From: Octopus vulgaris
Taxonomy: Eukaryota
NCBI GenBank assembly: GCA_951406725.2
Contig: OX597815.1
Location: 140,926,001 to 140,990,000, forward strand
Length of the DNA stretch: 64,000 bases
Reading direction: 5' to 3'
Shown: positions 12,862 through 26,519 of the stretch, in pieces
Layout of the letters: every line of letters starts with the position of its first letter
Numbering within the stretch: the stretch's first letter is position 1
The notes under the pieces: model-generated
What the model was told of the DNA's origin: nothing
Databases searched by the model: none
The model's input: the letters and a program-made list of their open reading frames with translations, nothing else
Position numbers and translations under genes: made by a program

Positions 12862-14051
12862 AAGCCAGCCCCATGCTCAATTCGTCCTGTCGAAAGACCC
12901 TTGTCCTACGTCCTGGTTTTGTTTTGTTGTTTATTTTTTATACTTTATTTTTACCGTTATTGTTTTTACGTTTTTGTATTCTTATTGTTGTCACGTATTC
13001 TGTATTTTTGTTCGTGTACTTCGTTCGTTTTCCGTCCTCGTGTTGTATACATTCGAAGCTTTCTTCCAGGGGATCTAATGCACTTGGCTTAGATTTCCCG
13101 TGGCGGGCTGCCCATATCGGAGCAATCTCAAGATTAATCAGCCGAAATTGCTAAGATGATCTGGTTCTTGACTGATGACTGAGGGCTTCGAATGTCCCGT
13201 CCTGTGGTTCTTGTGTCGTCTCTGTGGCGTTTCATGTTCTTGTCCATGTCTGTAATTATTTTTACTGTTTACCTATATAATCGGCGGCTACGTATCCACA
13301 ATTGTCCTTATACGATAAGTATATTTTTTTCTCAAGCATTGATACGACTCTTAATCTTTCTTTCTCTCTCTCTCTCCTCCCTTATTCCCCCTCCTTTCTT
13401 TCCCTCTCCATCCGTCCCCCCCCCCCTTCTACGTTTCTCTATCTCTCTCACCTCCAGCCCCCTCGATCTGTCTCTTTCTTCTCCTCCCTCGTCCACCTTC
13501 TCTCTCTTTTCATCTGTCCCTTTCTCTTGTCTTTTGTTCTCACGTGACCGCTGACCGCTGTTGAGCGCTCTTTTCGTTCCAGCAGCCGTTGAAGCAACAC
13601 GTACTTGTTCGTCTCCCTGTGGCCATAAGGCACAACTTCATAAGCCAGCCCCATGCTCAATTCGTCCTGTCGAAAGACCCTTGTCCTACGTCCTGGTTTT
13701 GTTTTGTTGTTTATTTTTTATACTTTATTTTTACCGTTATTGTTTTTACGTTTTTGTATTCTTATTGTTGTCACGTATTCTGTATTTTTGTTCGTGTACT
13801 TCGTTCGTTTTCCGTCCTCGTGTTGTATACATTCGAAGCTTTCTTCCAGGGGATCTAATGCACTTGGCTTAGATTTCCCGTGGCGGGCTGCCCATATCGG
13901 AGCAATCTCAAGATTAATCAGCCGAAATTGCTAAGATGATCTGGTTCTTGACTGATGACTGAGGGCTTCGAATGTCCCGTCCTGTGGTTCTTGTGTCGTC
14001 TCTGTGGCGTTTCATGTTCTTGTCCATGTCTGTAATTATTTTTACTGTTTA

Positions 14052-14059
<8 letters not shown>
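12860..14059. mobile_element. Non-coding element: 1.5 tandem copies of a 780-bp unit (identical 420-bp direct repeats) inserted in (TA)n
   Basis: 12860-13279 equals 13640-14059 by line-by-line comparison. The 360-bp spacer is pyrimidine-rich and (TA)n lies on both flanks. No TG..CA termini and no credible ORF. Confidence 0.85.
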
Positions 14060-14095
<36 letters not shown>

Positions 14096-14232
14096 CAGAC
14101 TCGAGCCCCGACTGCTGTATTCTTGGGATATTCTTTTTTTGTTTTTAAAATTGCAACGAAGTTATGCTCGCATTCTTCTATTAAAAATCAGCAAGAAACA
14201 CCTGTAATTAACATCGTCTGTTATTATTCATT

Positions 14233-14287
<55 letters not shown>

Positions 14288-14414
14288 GCAAAATAATTGA
14301 GATTCAGATAAATTAAGTACTTGAGTTGCGGCACCAAAATTTAGTGCGGAATTATCCGTACAGTTTCAAAAAAGGTGAATTAAGTTCAAACAAATAACAG
14401 GATATCTACTGGTG

Positions 14415-14502
14415 ATGCAGTACGATCGTTTCAAGCGACTCCATTTAATTGAATAATGCAATCATTACATCAATTTAAATGCAGAGCTGCCCTCAGCTGC
14501 AT
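14415..14502 (-). ncRNA. Type I hammerhead motif with palindromic stem III loop, in a ~330-bp insert (14285-14614) between (TA)n tracts
   Basis: Minus: augcag-CUGAGGG-[long imperfect stem II]-GAAAC-gauc-GUA-cugcau. Perfect 6-bp stem I, GUA cleavage triplet and GAUC palindrome. One core change (A9G). Confidence 0.75.
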
Positions 14503-14605
14503 AAAGAAATGTATACAGCATGGGTATTGTCTGTCTTTTTACCCTCTTAGAGGATTTAGGTAAAATTATACAAATGTGTTCGACTGATTAAATAAATTAT
14601 ATTTA

Positions 14606-14671
<66 letters not shown>

Positions 14672-14678
<7 letters not shown>

Positions 14679-14887
14679 TATATAAAATCCGTTCTGTCTG
14701 TCTGTGTGTGTGTTCTAGGATCTCGGGCATCCTCCATCCGACTGCGCACAAATTCGATATGTAGATACCTACGGTATCAGGGTGTGTATAAATCTTTAAA
14801 AAAATACAAAAATCGATTGTAGGTGAGAATGTGATCGATAAACCCGTGAGAATGTGCATTTGTACGCGCAAGTACGTGCTCCACTAG
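14672..14887 (+). mobile_element. Possible non-autonomous mini-Helitron
   Basis: Starts with tatataaaatccgttctgtctgtctg, typical of Helitron 5' ends. Ends with an imperfect hairpin gtacg(cgcaagta)cgtgc 4 nt upstream of CTAG. No clean 5' TC or 3' T. Confidence 0.45.
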
Positions 14888-16003
14888 ATTTCCCATGCCC
14901 TTGAACATCCCGTAAAGTATCTTAGCTTAAAATCAGTTACTTAGTTCCGTAGGTTGTTGGTTTTCATCAAAAATCGCCCCAAGTTGATTTGCTACATGTT
15001 TTATTGGATAAACGTATTATTGTCCCAGCTACGTTCTCATAAATTCATCATGCTTTTCCATCTAAATTTACCTCCAGCTAACCCATTTGCATGCATCGTC
15101 TTTGTCCTGCTTTTCTTCCGTCAACCTGTACATAACTGCACCTTCTATTTTATGTTGTTTTTGTACTTCTTAAAGGCACGTTTATTTCCTGCCAAGCTTA
15201 CTGTTTAAACCATGTTTGTGTTCTCGTAGTCAACAGCCTTATTATTACTGGTGCTTTAAACTGTTCGGTTGCATATTTGTGTGAATAAAATAATTTTTCT
15301 TTGGAATAGAAAAATGTTTATCTTTATTTCTTCTTTTGCTGGTGTCTCAAATTTAGGTTAAATCAGCGTTTCTCAAAGGGGAGGCCTATGGGACGGTCGG
15401 ACAAGTTGTTTTGAGAAAATTCGGTTTAAATGTTTGACAACTCAGCACCGTCCATTGGACGGGAGGCATTATATATATATATAGTTCAAATAATGTAATT
15501 CATCTATAATCTTCCAGAGAAGAACCCTTGTTCAGACACCCAATTAATTTTCGCTTCAACTCTTCCTTATTCCTGTTTCTCTTTTGCTCGAGGACAGAAT
15601 ATCGGAAACTAGAAACACAGCAATAATTTAGCTCCCAATTAAATTATGTTTTAATTTCGCTCTTGAATATGGTATGCTACTTCTTTCTCATCTACAAAAC
15701 TTTAGACACGCACACATGCAAACGCACGCGCGCGCATACACACATACACACATACACACACGCGCGGGCGCGTACGTATACAAACGTGTATTCTATCGTT
15801 CATGGATATACGTATAAAGTCACATACGTATTTTTTTCTAATAGAATATAAGGATTAGTGAAAAGATTATCTGAATTTAAATGATTAAGTATGGAACTAG
15901 ATCAAGAATATCTACAGCAATATGATGGTTGGCATGAATTATTAAAACATCCTGCACTTATTCAAACATTCAAGTGCCAGACACTGAAGTCATCACACAC
16001 ACA

Positions 16004-16065
<62 letters not shown>

Positions 16066-16461
16066 CATTCTTTTATTCTTTTATTTGTTTCAGTCATCTG
16101 ACTGTGGTCATGCTGGAGCACCGCCTTTAGTCGTACCAGTTGACCCCAGGACTTATTTTTTGTAAACCTTGTAGTTATTCTATCCCGCTATCTTTTGCCG
16201 AAACGCTAAGTTACGTTGACGTAAACGAACCAACATCGGTTTTCAAGCGATGGTGGGGGGACAAACACAGACACACAGACATATACATATATGAATGTAC
16301 GACGGGCTTCTTTCAGTTTCCGTCTACCAAATCCCCTCATATGGCTTTGGTCAGCCCGAGGCTATGGTAGAAGAAACTTGCCCAAGGTGACATAGTGGGA
16401 CTGCACTCGGAACCATGTGAATGGTAAGCAAGCTACTTACCACAGAACCACTTCTGCGCCT
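16066..16461 (-). mobile_element. SINE family 2 (tRNA head + CORE-like ccttgggcaagt), near full length
   Basis: Reverse complement of the 40806-41210 copy along its whole length. Confidence 0.9.
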
Positions 16462-17786
16462 ATATATATATATTCATACGTGGAATATAATATGGGGAAG
16501 ACACGCTTACATACATAAACGCACATAGAAAGCAACCCCTGTTAATGAGAAGGGTGTGTTGGTCATCATCTGATTTTTCCTTACAAATATGTATTTACCT
16601 CTGAGGCTATAATACGCAAAAAATTAGGTGTTTTGAGTATTTGATATACATATACAAGAAAGTATTTGCAAAATTATCACAAGTTCTGATGTTTTACTCA
16701 AAAATGGCAAAGGATGATAAATGTTATAATTGCCTTTCATAATTTTCCGGTAACACATGTATTATCATGACGTAATCCCCAGCCACGAACATTTATATAA
16801 TGGCTAAAACCATATATTTTGCACTGTCAAAGAAATATGTCCTCTTAAAGAATTAATTTCTAGACACAGGGTCTGGGTGCAAATAGAAGTGAAACAAAAT
16901 GCGTTATAACGCTTACGTAAAAGGCATTTAAAAAATATTAGCGCTGTATATGCAAAATCAGAGTATTAGAAAGACATCCTGGCCCACGACGTTCCAAATA
17001 TATCTGGAGTTCATATAAATTTACATATATCCAGACACACACACACACACATACACACACACACATGTATATGCATATGCATATGCATATATATTAAAAT
17101 TCATTATTACGCATTTGATTTTTGCTTGTACGTGAATATGCGACCGGGTGTGGACATATGTTTTGCGGATTAATTTACATCTTCTATTTGCAGAACCAAT
17201 CTTTTGTGTAGGTCTTTCAATTTCACTTGAAATTATCATATTGCAGAGATTATGATTGGTAGTCCAGAGCATATATCAAATATCTATTTCTGCTATTTCT
17301 TTTACTTAAACACACGCACAAACACGTAATCACTGACAGTTATGCATAATTGTGTACATAGATACACACAGACATACACACATGTGTGTATATACACACT
17401 CACATATATATACATACATACATATATATATATATATTATAAATATATATATATATGTATATATGTATATATACACCTAAATATGTATGAATGTATATTT
17501 CAACGCGTGCTCGTATACAAACGTACAGTTTGATGCCAGAGTACTTGATTCTTCACATCAGGGTTCCCCGTGTTGTTAGAACATCAGAGCAACGACACAA
17601 ATCTACGTGAAATCACAATGATATTTTTCTCCATAGGGGAGATAGAACAGCGATAAAAATATTCACGCTGAAACTTGCTGTAACATGTTCCGAATGAAAA
17701 TGCACTCCATCGCTCTGATTCCTGCTGTTTCTACATGCGCGTGAAGGTATTCTACATACATACATGAAAACGACAGAAGCTAAATG

Positions 17787-17840
<54 letters not shown>

Positions 17841-17877
17841 TATATGTATATATATATATACATATATATATATATGT

Positions 17878-17908
<31 letters not shown>

Positions 17909-17930
17909 ATATATATCTATATCTATATCC

Positions 17931-17961
<31 letters not shown>

Positions 17962-18007
17962 ATATATGATATATATATATATATATACACACATATATAT
18001 ATATGTA

Positions 18008-18090
18008 TATACAAAAGCCAACAACGACCGTCAAGCGGGTTGAGGATACAGAAACGCAAAGACAGACACACAAACATATAAGAGGAGAGG

Positions 18091-18138
<48 letters not shown>

Positions 18139-18312
18139 TTTCAGTTTACAGAAACCAAAGACAGACACACCATTTACATTTCAAATCCACGCACAAGACC
18201 ATGGTAAGCTCACCGGGGCTACAAGAAAAGGCACTTACCCAAGGTGCCGCACAGTGTGACAACCAGAGCCATGTGGTTAAGAAGTAAACTTACTACAGAT
18301 CCACGTCCGCGC
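18008..18312 (-). mobile_element. SINE family 2, degenerate, with internal (TA)n expansion
   Basis: cacttacccaaggtgccgcacagtg...agccatgtggttaagaagtaaacttactac aligns to the family 5' head. Confidence 0.72.
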
Positions 18313-18356
18313 TTTTCTCTTTCACTCTCTCTCGTTCTCTCTCTCCATCTCTCTCT

Positions 18357-18397
<41 letters not shown>

Positions 18398-20379
18398 TGT
18401 GTGTGTGTGTGTGTGTATGCATATGGATATACTATTTATTTTGACAAATGAATAAACGCTTTTATACATAGAAGCATACGTACTTGTACACACGTTTACG
18501 TTATACTTGAAATGATGCTGTATTTCATTTCAAACTGACTCTGTAAGATATTCACAATTCACTTCTAAAATGTGACTAATCTCAACGTGGGAAATTATAT
18601 CGATATGTAAATAATCATTATAAATACTATGATTCTCACCAGCAGGAACTGCGGCACTTCAGTCTTCATTTTGGTCGTCTTCTCCGTCGATGATATAATT
18701 TTAGTGTTAATTTTCGTCATTACCAACACCATCATTACAACTGCCATGGAAACCACCACCAATACCCTCACTACCGCTGTCTCCACCATCGTCTCTAACA
18801 ACAACGACAGCAACGTATCCTTCCCTCCTCATCATCATCATCTTCACTAAGTACAGCCTCATTGATCGGAGGCGGAAAGAATTGTTCCCGCTGGATCTAC
18901 TACAATTATTAACCAAATCACATGTCATCGCTTTAAAAGCTTTGCGTTGGCTCATGAGTTCTAGGTACAGGCATATAGATATAGCCGAGATGAGCACGGC
19001 TGATGATAGCTCTCCTGGTCGGGGCTAAATAAATGCAGCACATTTCACATTCAGTATACCACACCACCCGCAACGCAGCATTACCACCTTTATTATCACG
19101 ACTAATACTACAACAGCAATTTCAATACTTCCAACTCAATAACCACCATTACAGACTTCTCTTTTATCTCCTGTCCACACTAAAATCTTCACCATCATCA
19201 CCATTATCGTTACCTTCCCCACCGTTATGCCTCACCATCACCGTCCTTTTTTACACCATCCGCTAACAGCCATCTATTATCATAACAATCGTGCTTTTCC
19301 TACTATACCCATTATCTAACATCAGTATCACAATCACGACCATAAAAGATGCTCTATTTTAACAGTGTAATTTTGTTTAGTTGAGTTATTTTTTATGTAT
19401 TCGAACTCCAGTTTTATTCCAGCAATTAATGGATCTTTTGAAAATAGATTAAAACGAGAAAAACAAATCTTTATTTTAGTTAAGCTGTTTTCTTTTCCTT
19501 AATTAATTTCCACAAAAATGTAACATTCTCTCAATAGGATTACACGAAATTAAATATTGTTTTAGAACGATATATTCTATTCTAGAAAGCTATATTCACC
19601 GCTTTACATTATTGTGTCTCTACATTAATATGAATGTTGTATTTAAATGATTAGGGAGCTGTAATACTACGCTTGATATTTGAGGAAATAGCCGTTTTCT
19701 TTTTCGTAATTACCGACATTAGAAACTTAATGAAACAGAGGATTACGTAAGGAAACATTGGATCAGTTGTATATTTCATATGGGATTACAGGGATATTTC
19801 CTTATTTCATGTTCCATGTTTATATCAGTATTTAAACTTCACACAGCAGATTTACAAAACAATCACAAGTTTATTTTCTTGATCTGCATCGCTTACAAAT
19901 TAATCATAGCACTGTTGTTTAGTATATTTTAGACTTGATCGAGGGAATGTTTTATCAAACTAATGTCAGCCATGTTATGCTGGTGTTTTCTTTTCCAAAC
20001 ATTGTATTGATACTACATTCCCCAGTCATTTGTACAAGAAGATGATTTTGCTGGTAACCCTAGGTGGATTCTTCTCATGTAGCACCTCTTCGTATGGCTC
20101 ATAAGGTTCTGTATATCTAAATATGTTAATTATGGTGTTTACATATTCTGTTATTCTTTTATTTTACCTCAGTTAATTTTCCTTCTGTTTTGTTGTTGCT
20201 TCATGTCTGAAATAATTGAACTGGTAGGAGCTGATTTTCCCCGAGTGTATCCTTGAATACTTGGCTGGTGTCATACCGTCGTTAGTTTATTTATTTATTT
20301 TTTATGTTTCAGTAGAGTTCCCTATTCTATTTCTAATTTCTTTAAGTAAGCAATGGAACGGATTAAGACTTCTAAATAT

Positions 20380-22340
20380 CGGATTCGTACAATAGAGTAA
20401 TTTTTCTGGTGATTTCGAAAACGGTATATTTGGAAGCTGACGGTATCTACCAGTTCATGCATTAAAATTTTGTTTAGTGTCGAAATCTGGAACAGTACTC
20501 TCAGGACTTTCCACACGTTTATGATAGCATATCTGTCTCTTCAGCGTCCAAAGGAGTAGAGACGCAAAGCTTACAGACATTTCCAGCAATGTAGGCTTTT
20601 AACCGCAGTTATTTTACTGGTAATCATTTTTTGTAACCTTTCAATCTCTTGTATGAATTTGGAGACTAAAGATATGAGCAGCAATCTAATCTGCTCAGAA
20701 TGCTCAGAACTTAGGTTTTCAATAAAGTGAGCATAACTACCGGTTCTCTTGCCAAGGAGGTTGTAGGGTCCGTCCTATGAGATGTCTGTATTTAGAGGCC
20801 AGTTTAGTGATGTGGCTAATGAAGGATACATCATTTGGCATAATTACTCCTAAGTCCTGTATGTCATTAGCATTATTCGTCATCGAATCATCTGTTGTCA
20901 AATAATGTGACCTGTCTGTACTCCATCCGTAATACGGAGCCTGAAATTTTGATAAACTAAACTTCATATTTTCATGTCTACCCATTGATAAATGAGGTTT
21001 GGCTCATTTTGGTGTGTGAGGGCAAATTCAGGCTCATGGGCAGTGAAACATGTTTGATATTATTTGTGTGTGTTTCCCTCTTTGAATCATGCAGAGATAA
21101 TTGTATAATGATGTTGTCAGAAACAGCTGTTCAAATGATTGAACAGTGAATAGAGTCTGCTTCAGTGGTAAAGACTAGGTCGAGTATAGTTTTTCCCCTA
21201 ATTGCTGAAGTAATGACTTGCATCATGAGGGAGTTTTCGAAAAAAAGTATTTAGATCTCTTTTGTTTAGTTGTTTAGTTCCAGGTTTGATATAACCCCCA
21301 GGCCAGCTGGGATTAGCGTAATTAGATTCGTCTGTTAAAAGTACATTGGATTGTGATTATGAGAGACAAAGTATCGCTGAAGTGATCTCCGTGAATAGCC
21401 ACATCAGGAGAGCAGTAGGCAATACCTATGATCAAATTAAGGTCGATAACATACGTTTTTAGTACATCGTGCTCTGTGTTGGAGTAGGAGACGAGGACAT
21501 TGATTGCTAGATCTTCACGCACGAAGAGCACGACTTCCCCTTGTTTCTGTATCCTGCGTTTAGCACTGTGTAGAACTTTAACCGGCCCGTGTGTTTCTGC
21601 ATCCAATATGTTTGGGGTCAGGAGTGTTTGGGGTCAGTTGTGCTCTTCGTGCGTGAAGATCTAGCAATCAATGTCCTCGTCTCCTACTCCAACACAGATC
21701 ACGATGTACTAAAAACGCATGTTATCGACCTTAATTTGATCATAGGTATTGCCTACTGCCCGTGTGTTTCTGCATCCAATATGTTTGGGGTCAGGAGTGT
21801 TTCACTTAGTGGTACACATATTGTCTTTTCTCTGTGTGCAAGGACTCTGGGGTATGACATTTTTGTTCGATTTGTGTAACCTGGTAATTCAATATTATTG
21901 AATTTGTGAGTTAATGATAGCAATATTGTATGTTTGAGTATAAGGGTAACAGCAGTAGTTGGTGCTGTGTGAGAGATAAAAGGTTTCTTTTGATTTATTA
22001 TGCCAAATTCATCATGGGTAAAAAATAAGTTTCTTGTTTTGGAAGGGGCTGGTGTCAGGAATTGTTATGGTTTGACTACTGGATATCGCTATGGTTATCT
22101 GGTTTGTTGCTGTTGATTTTAATCGGTGGATATCTGGGTGACTTGTGAGTTTCTGGGAATGGCTAGACCAAGACAACCACTCTAAGGGGTGTTATTACTG
22201 TGGACTTAGTGGTGTTTTGGAGTCATGTGCTTCGTATTGCGCCCAGTCCATGGAAAATGAAAGAAGGGATAGTCAGGCTTAAGGCATAATCTCTCGCTTG
22301 GGGAATAGTGGCAGATTTTATAATTCCATGCTCGATGCAT
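20380..22340 (-). mobile_element. CR1/L2-group LINE fossil (ORF1 remnant, APE endonuclease, post-RT region; RT core deleted)
   Basis: APE-like ETLLTPNILDAE...GEVVLFVREDL...IAYCSPD. Post-RT DLGVIMPNDVSFISHITKLASK and ERYAIINVWKVL. Cys/His-rich ORF1-like remnant near 22250-22320. Confidence 0.75.
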
Positions 22341-25114
22341 CAACGCTATTAAATTTGATTTACCATTTCATAGTGGTGTTGGTGGTGGAGTAAGATGTGT
22401 GTTTTGGCGTTGGCTTGTGTTGCTTGTACAAATTATGCGTGTCTATGTAATAGATATTTTAAATTCCCCACTACTAGTCAGTGGAATACAGATGTGTTAG
22501 CCAATGATGTATCATTGACAGCGGAGAACTTTTGAAATTTTAGTTTGTACGACTATGGAGCTTGATAAACTTCTCAAGAAACAAAGGTCTTCCAAAGGTT
22601 CCAAGCGCAGAATTCGGGAATCGAGTCATGTAGACGATCTTGGATAAAATTTAAGTCATTGTAAAGTACACTATCAGTGAACTGGGGCACAAATATATGC
22701 GCAATATCATGGATGCTAGGAACATGTATAATCGACAAAATTGGAAGTATTCTTTGAATAGAACTTATTGTAGGTTGGAATCATAAATTGGAAACTTCGA
22801 CTGTATCGTAATATGACTTAATGTTGCTATAGCTAAATAGTGCAAGGCATTGTGCCTTTCAACTTTCCTTTCCTTACCTGTAATATCACAATGTTTCAAA
22901 CAGCTACGTTTTCGCCGTCTATATAAACATATTTCGTCACAAAGAAATACATCATTGTTAATGTTTTACATATAATATAACGTTATTCAACACGCTTTTT
23001 TATGCATGTTTTCTCTTGAAATATATATTATTGTTCAGGACACTCTACTTTTCGTTGGTCCACAAAACTTGATATTAATTAAATAACAAACTATGGGCCG
23101 ACAGGAAGCGATATGCAGTACATGTCATATTTATTTCAGTCGCAATATTTCAGCTACATTCGCACGTATTGAAATATCGAAATAATTTAAACATCTGGGT
23201 AATTCAACACCTTCAATGTGTATGGTATTTCAAGTTTATGTATAATTTAAACAATTGCTTTACGTCAATTACTCATTATAAATATCAAATCTCATTGTTT
23301 GCTGGCGGTTTTCAACGTGCAAAATATTAAAAGGGAAATCTCTGTGATAAAAGCCAGAAATTTTGTTTTCAATTCATATGTGGGAAATTCTATACTACTT
23401 TCTGCAATGTTTTCATAAACTATACTCGCAGTAACGTTAAACGAGATTCCACTAAGCATCATGAGACGGCTATTTATTTGTTCTCTTATGGAAACTGATT
23501 TAATACGAAATAGCTTTCATTTCTAAAATTTTAGGTTCAGAAGAAAGGAAACACACTAAATGCTACATTCACATATATTAATCTATAAGTAATATATATT
23601 GAAAACAGGAACTACGCTACACAGAAAAACATGCAAACATAGGTAGCCAATCGGTTACAACTTCACGTGAGATAGATATTAATGCCACTGCAATTAATTG
23701 ATTGTCTCTAAGTCTAATGAATGTGGGTTGGTTACAGAATTGATGCTTTGAAATTTTTAAATTTGGCTTCTATTGAAGAATCGGTGGCGTACCACTTTAA
23801 TGAGAAGCATACTCCTGTGAACTATGAGCTAGCGTGTATGCGTGTGTATGTGTAGCTATGAGTGTGTGTGCGTGTGTGTGTGCGTGTGTGTGTGTGCATG
23901 CATGTGTGTGTGTGTGTGCATATTCGCCAGCGTGTGTGAACTTTGGGAATTTTATTGAAGATATCAGTCGTCAATGTGTTGTGTGAATACACTGCTATGC
24001 ATTCAGCTTCGAATTACGTGCTAAGAGCAAGGTCACAATGACATGGCATCTTTATTTCTGCAACCTTTTAATTGGAAGTTGAATTATCTTAATCTCATAA
24101 ACTAATGAGATTCTTATGTCATGCCATTAAAACAGGAACGCCTCCTTAAATATCTGAATATTATGATTAATTTCGCACGTGATGTAAGACTTATTTTATT
24201 AGACCATACTTTATATCATAGATAAAATATTGATCAATGGGGAATTTACATTTCTCATGAAGTTTTTAAATTGAAACTGGCGGTGAGGCTGAAAATGAGA
24301 GGTTATAAGGATATTTTGAGGGTATAAAAGTACCGTTTCATTACACCGTCTATATTAATTAGAAGGAATGTATTAGAGTTGGGAATAGAATGTAAAGGGT
24401 AAAACTTAGTTCACGTAGAAAGGTTACATTTATTTCGATATCATTAAATTTTTATTTCTTTCATGAGAGGAACTCGCTGTTAAAATATCCTAGTAGGACA
24501 CTATATTGTGAATTTAGTGAAAAGATCTGGATGGTTTTTCAGATAGTAATCAAATTAATATGATATAGCTTTATTTAACGAGTACTACTGAGTCAAATAT
24601 AAGGTTGGAGAAATCGTAAATCGCAAATGGTTTAAGCAATTCCATTTCCTAAATGTTACTAGCATGGCTGAAAGACATGAATAAAACGGTTTCCATTTCA
24701 CTGTATAAAATATTTCGGATCTTTGTATTCTATCAAATCGAATCGATTAAGCAAGATTCTCTGAATACTGTAGAGTCGGGTATAAGCTTATATTGTATCA
24801 TATTAAATGTCTATACATCCACACAGTTTGGTTTCTCATCAAATAGAACCCCACAGAATTTCAGATCTTAAGTAACATTTAATTGGCAAGTGCTAAAATT
24901 CGAGATCATGTTTTGGAGAAAGTAAATCAATGGATAGGTTATAGGATCGTCAGGCACGCTCCAAATATACATGTAGTGTAATAAAGTGTAGAGCATACTT
25001 CATATTTTAATGGCATCAATAGTAATCTTATCGATAATTTTAGGTGTGTGTATATGTATGTTCGCGTGTGTCTGTGTTTGTGATTGCGTGTATGTGTGTT
25101 TGCGTGTATATATA

Positions 25115-25280
25115 TTCTTTTATTCTAATGTTTGTTTCAGTCATTTGACTACAGCCATGCTGGAGCACTGCCTGTAGTTGAAAAATCAACCCCAGGACTG
25201 ATTCTTTGTAAGTCTAGTACTTATTCTATCGGCGTATCTTTTGCTGAACCGCTAAGTTACGGAGACGTAAACACACACCG
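25115..25280 (-). mobile_element. SINE family 2, 3' part
   Basis: tttcagtcatttgactacagccatgctggagcac...ccccaggact...gctaagttacgg matches 16090-16225. Confidence 0.85.
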
Positions 25281-25289
25281 CTCGAAGGA

Positions 25290-26510
25290 TTAGCTGAAGT
25301 TCCTCACGGCACTCCAATTGCCATCCCCCAGCCTAGGTCTCTGTTTTATACATGTACCAACATCCGTTATGGACTTTAACTGCGGAAAATAGAACCGGAT
25401 ATGCGGTGCCCACACCTGTTCTCCATCCAGGTAAAGCCATAGGTGCCTCAACCTTAAAGCGAATTTTCGCATCTTCAGTCAAGGCAACCCTAACCCACGC
25501 TTTAGCGGTTTCTGGCAGCAGATAGAGTGCTTCACAAGAGGCTCTCCTCCCTTCCACAAAAAGCGGAAAAAGATTCTCTCCAACTTATTCAGTCACAAAT
25601 CGGGACAAGGCACCGCGGTCAGACAGTAGGTGATTACTGATGCTATAAACATCTGTACCACCTCCGCCCCTCCTAGCAAGGATAACGCCCACCCAGTCCA
25701 GGTCTGGGTTAGAGCAGTCACTTTGCTGGCCACCTCACTCCAATTTTTCTGTCTGGAGGTCTGGATCCAATCTAAACTCCGGGTAGCTTAACGGCACCTT
25801 CCGTTCAACGCCCCACGAAGTTATACGGCATCGGCTTGCGCCTCCAGGTGCCGAGTTGCAAACCGACCAACTTCTCCTTGTTAACTTTTGCTCCTGTCAC
25901 AGCCTCGTAAGTTTCGATGGCCTTTTCCACCATAGGAAGCTGGCCCTCATCCGCCACTCTGATGGAGATGCCATCCGCGTACGCCGTAGCTCATCTTCTA
26001 CACCATAGATTATGCCGCGAGCCCCCAACGCCTCCATCTTCCGCAGCAATGGCTCAAGGGCCAGTACATATAAAAGCGCAGATAGGGTAGAATCCTGACG
26101 CACTGCTCGTTTGATCCTTCTTGGCCTGGAAAAGAAACCATTCACTTTCCACGACAGACTGGATGTCGCTGTACAACGCAGCAATCCAACCGCGGAAGGT
26201 CGGACCCAAGCCAGCCTTCTCGAAGACCGACGCCAAATACCGATGGCCGACCCTATCAAATGCGTTAGGCTAGTCTAAATGTACTAGTGCCCTCCTACGC
26301 CAGAAATTTTCCTCACCCTCTCTAAGGAGTACTGTATAAGATGGAGATTGTCGTGGATCAATCTGCCCGAGATGGCGTACTTTTGCGCTTCCCCTACAAG
26401 TCCGTCTACAACGTGCGCCAACCTTTTCACTAGCACCTTTAACTCTGTGTTCAGCAGAGTTATGGGCCTGAAATTTCCTGTAATAACCAGCACTGAGCCG
26501 AGATAACATT
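25290..26510 (-). mobile_element. Tx1-like (L1 group) LINE RT fragment
   Basis: NFRPITLLNTELKVL, LD*PNAFDRVGHRYL, VRQDSTLSALLYVLALEPLL: RT motifs with frameshifts. Confidence 0.88.
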
Positions 26511-26519
26511 GACAATTAT

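Noticed and set aside
12860-14059. LTR retrotransposon or TRIM interpretation, and its duplicated ORFs
   Set aside because: No TG..CA termini, no convincing PBS/PPT, and no TSD distinguishable from (TA)n. The ORFs are low-complexity.
18995-19035. CUGAUGA followed by a hairpin (uagcuc/gggcua)
   Set aside because: No GAAA after the stem and no stems I or III.
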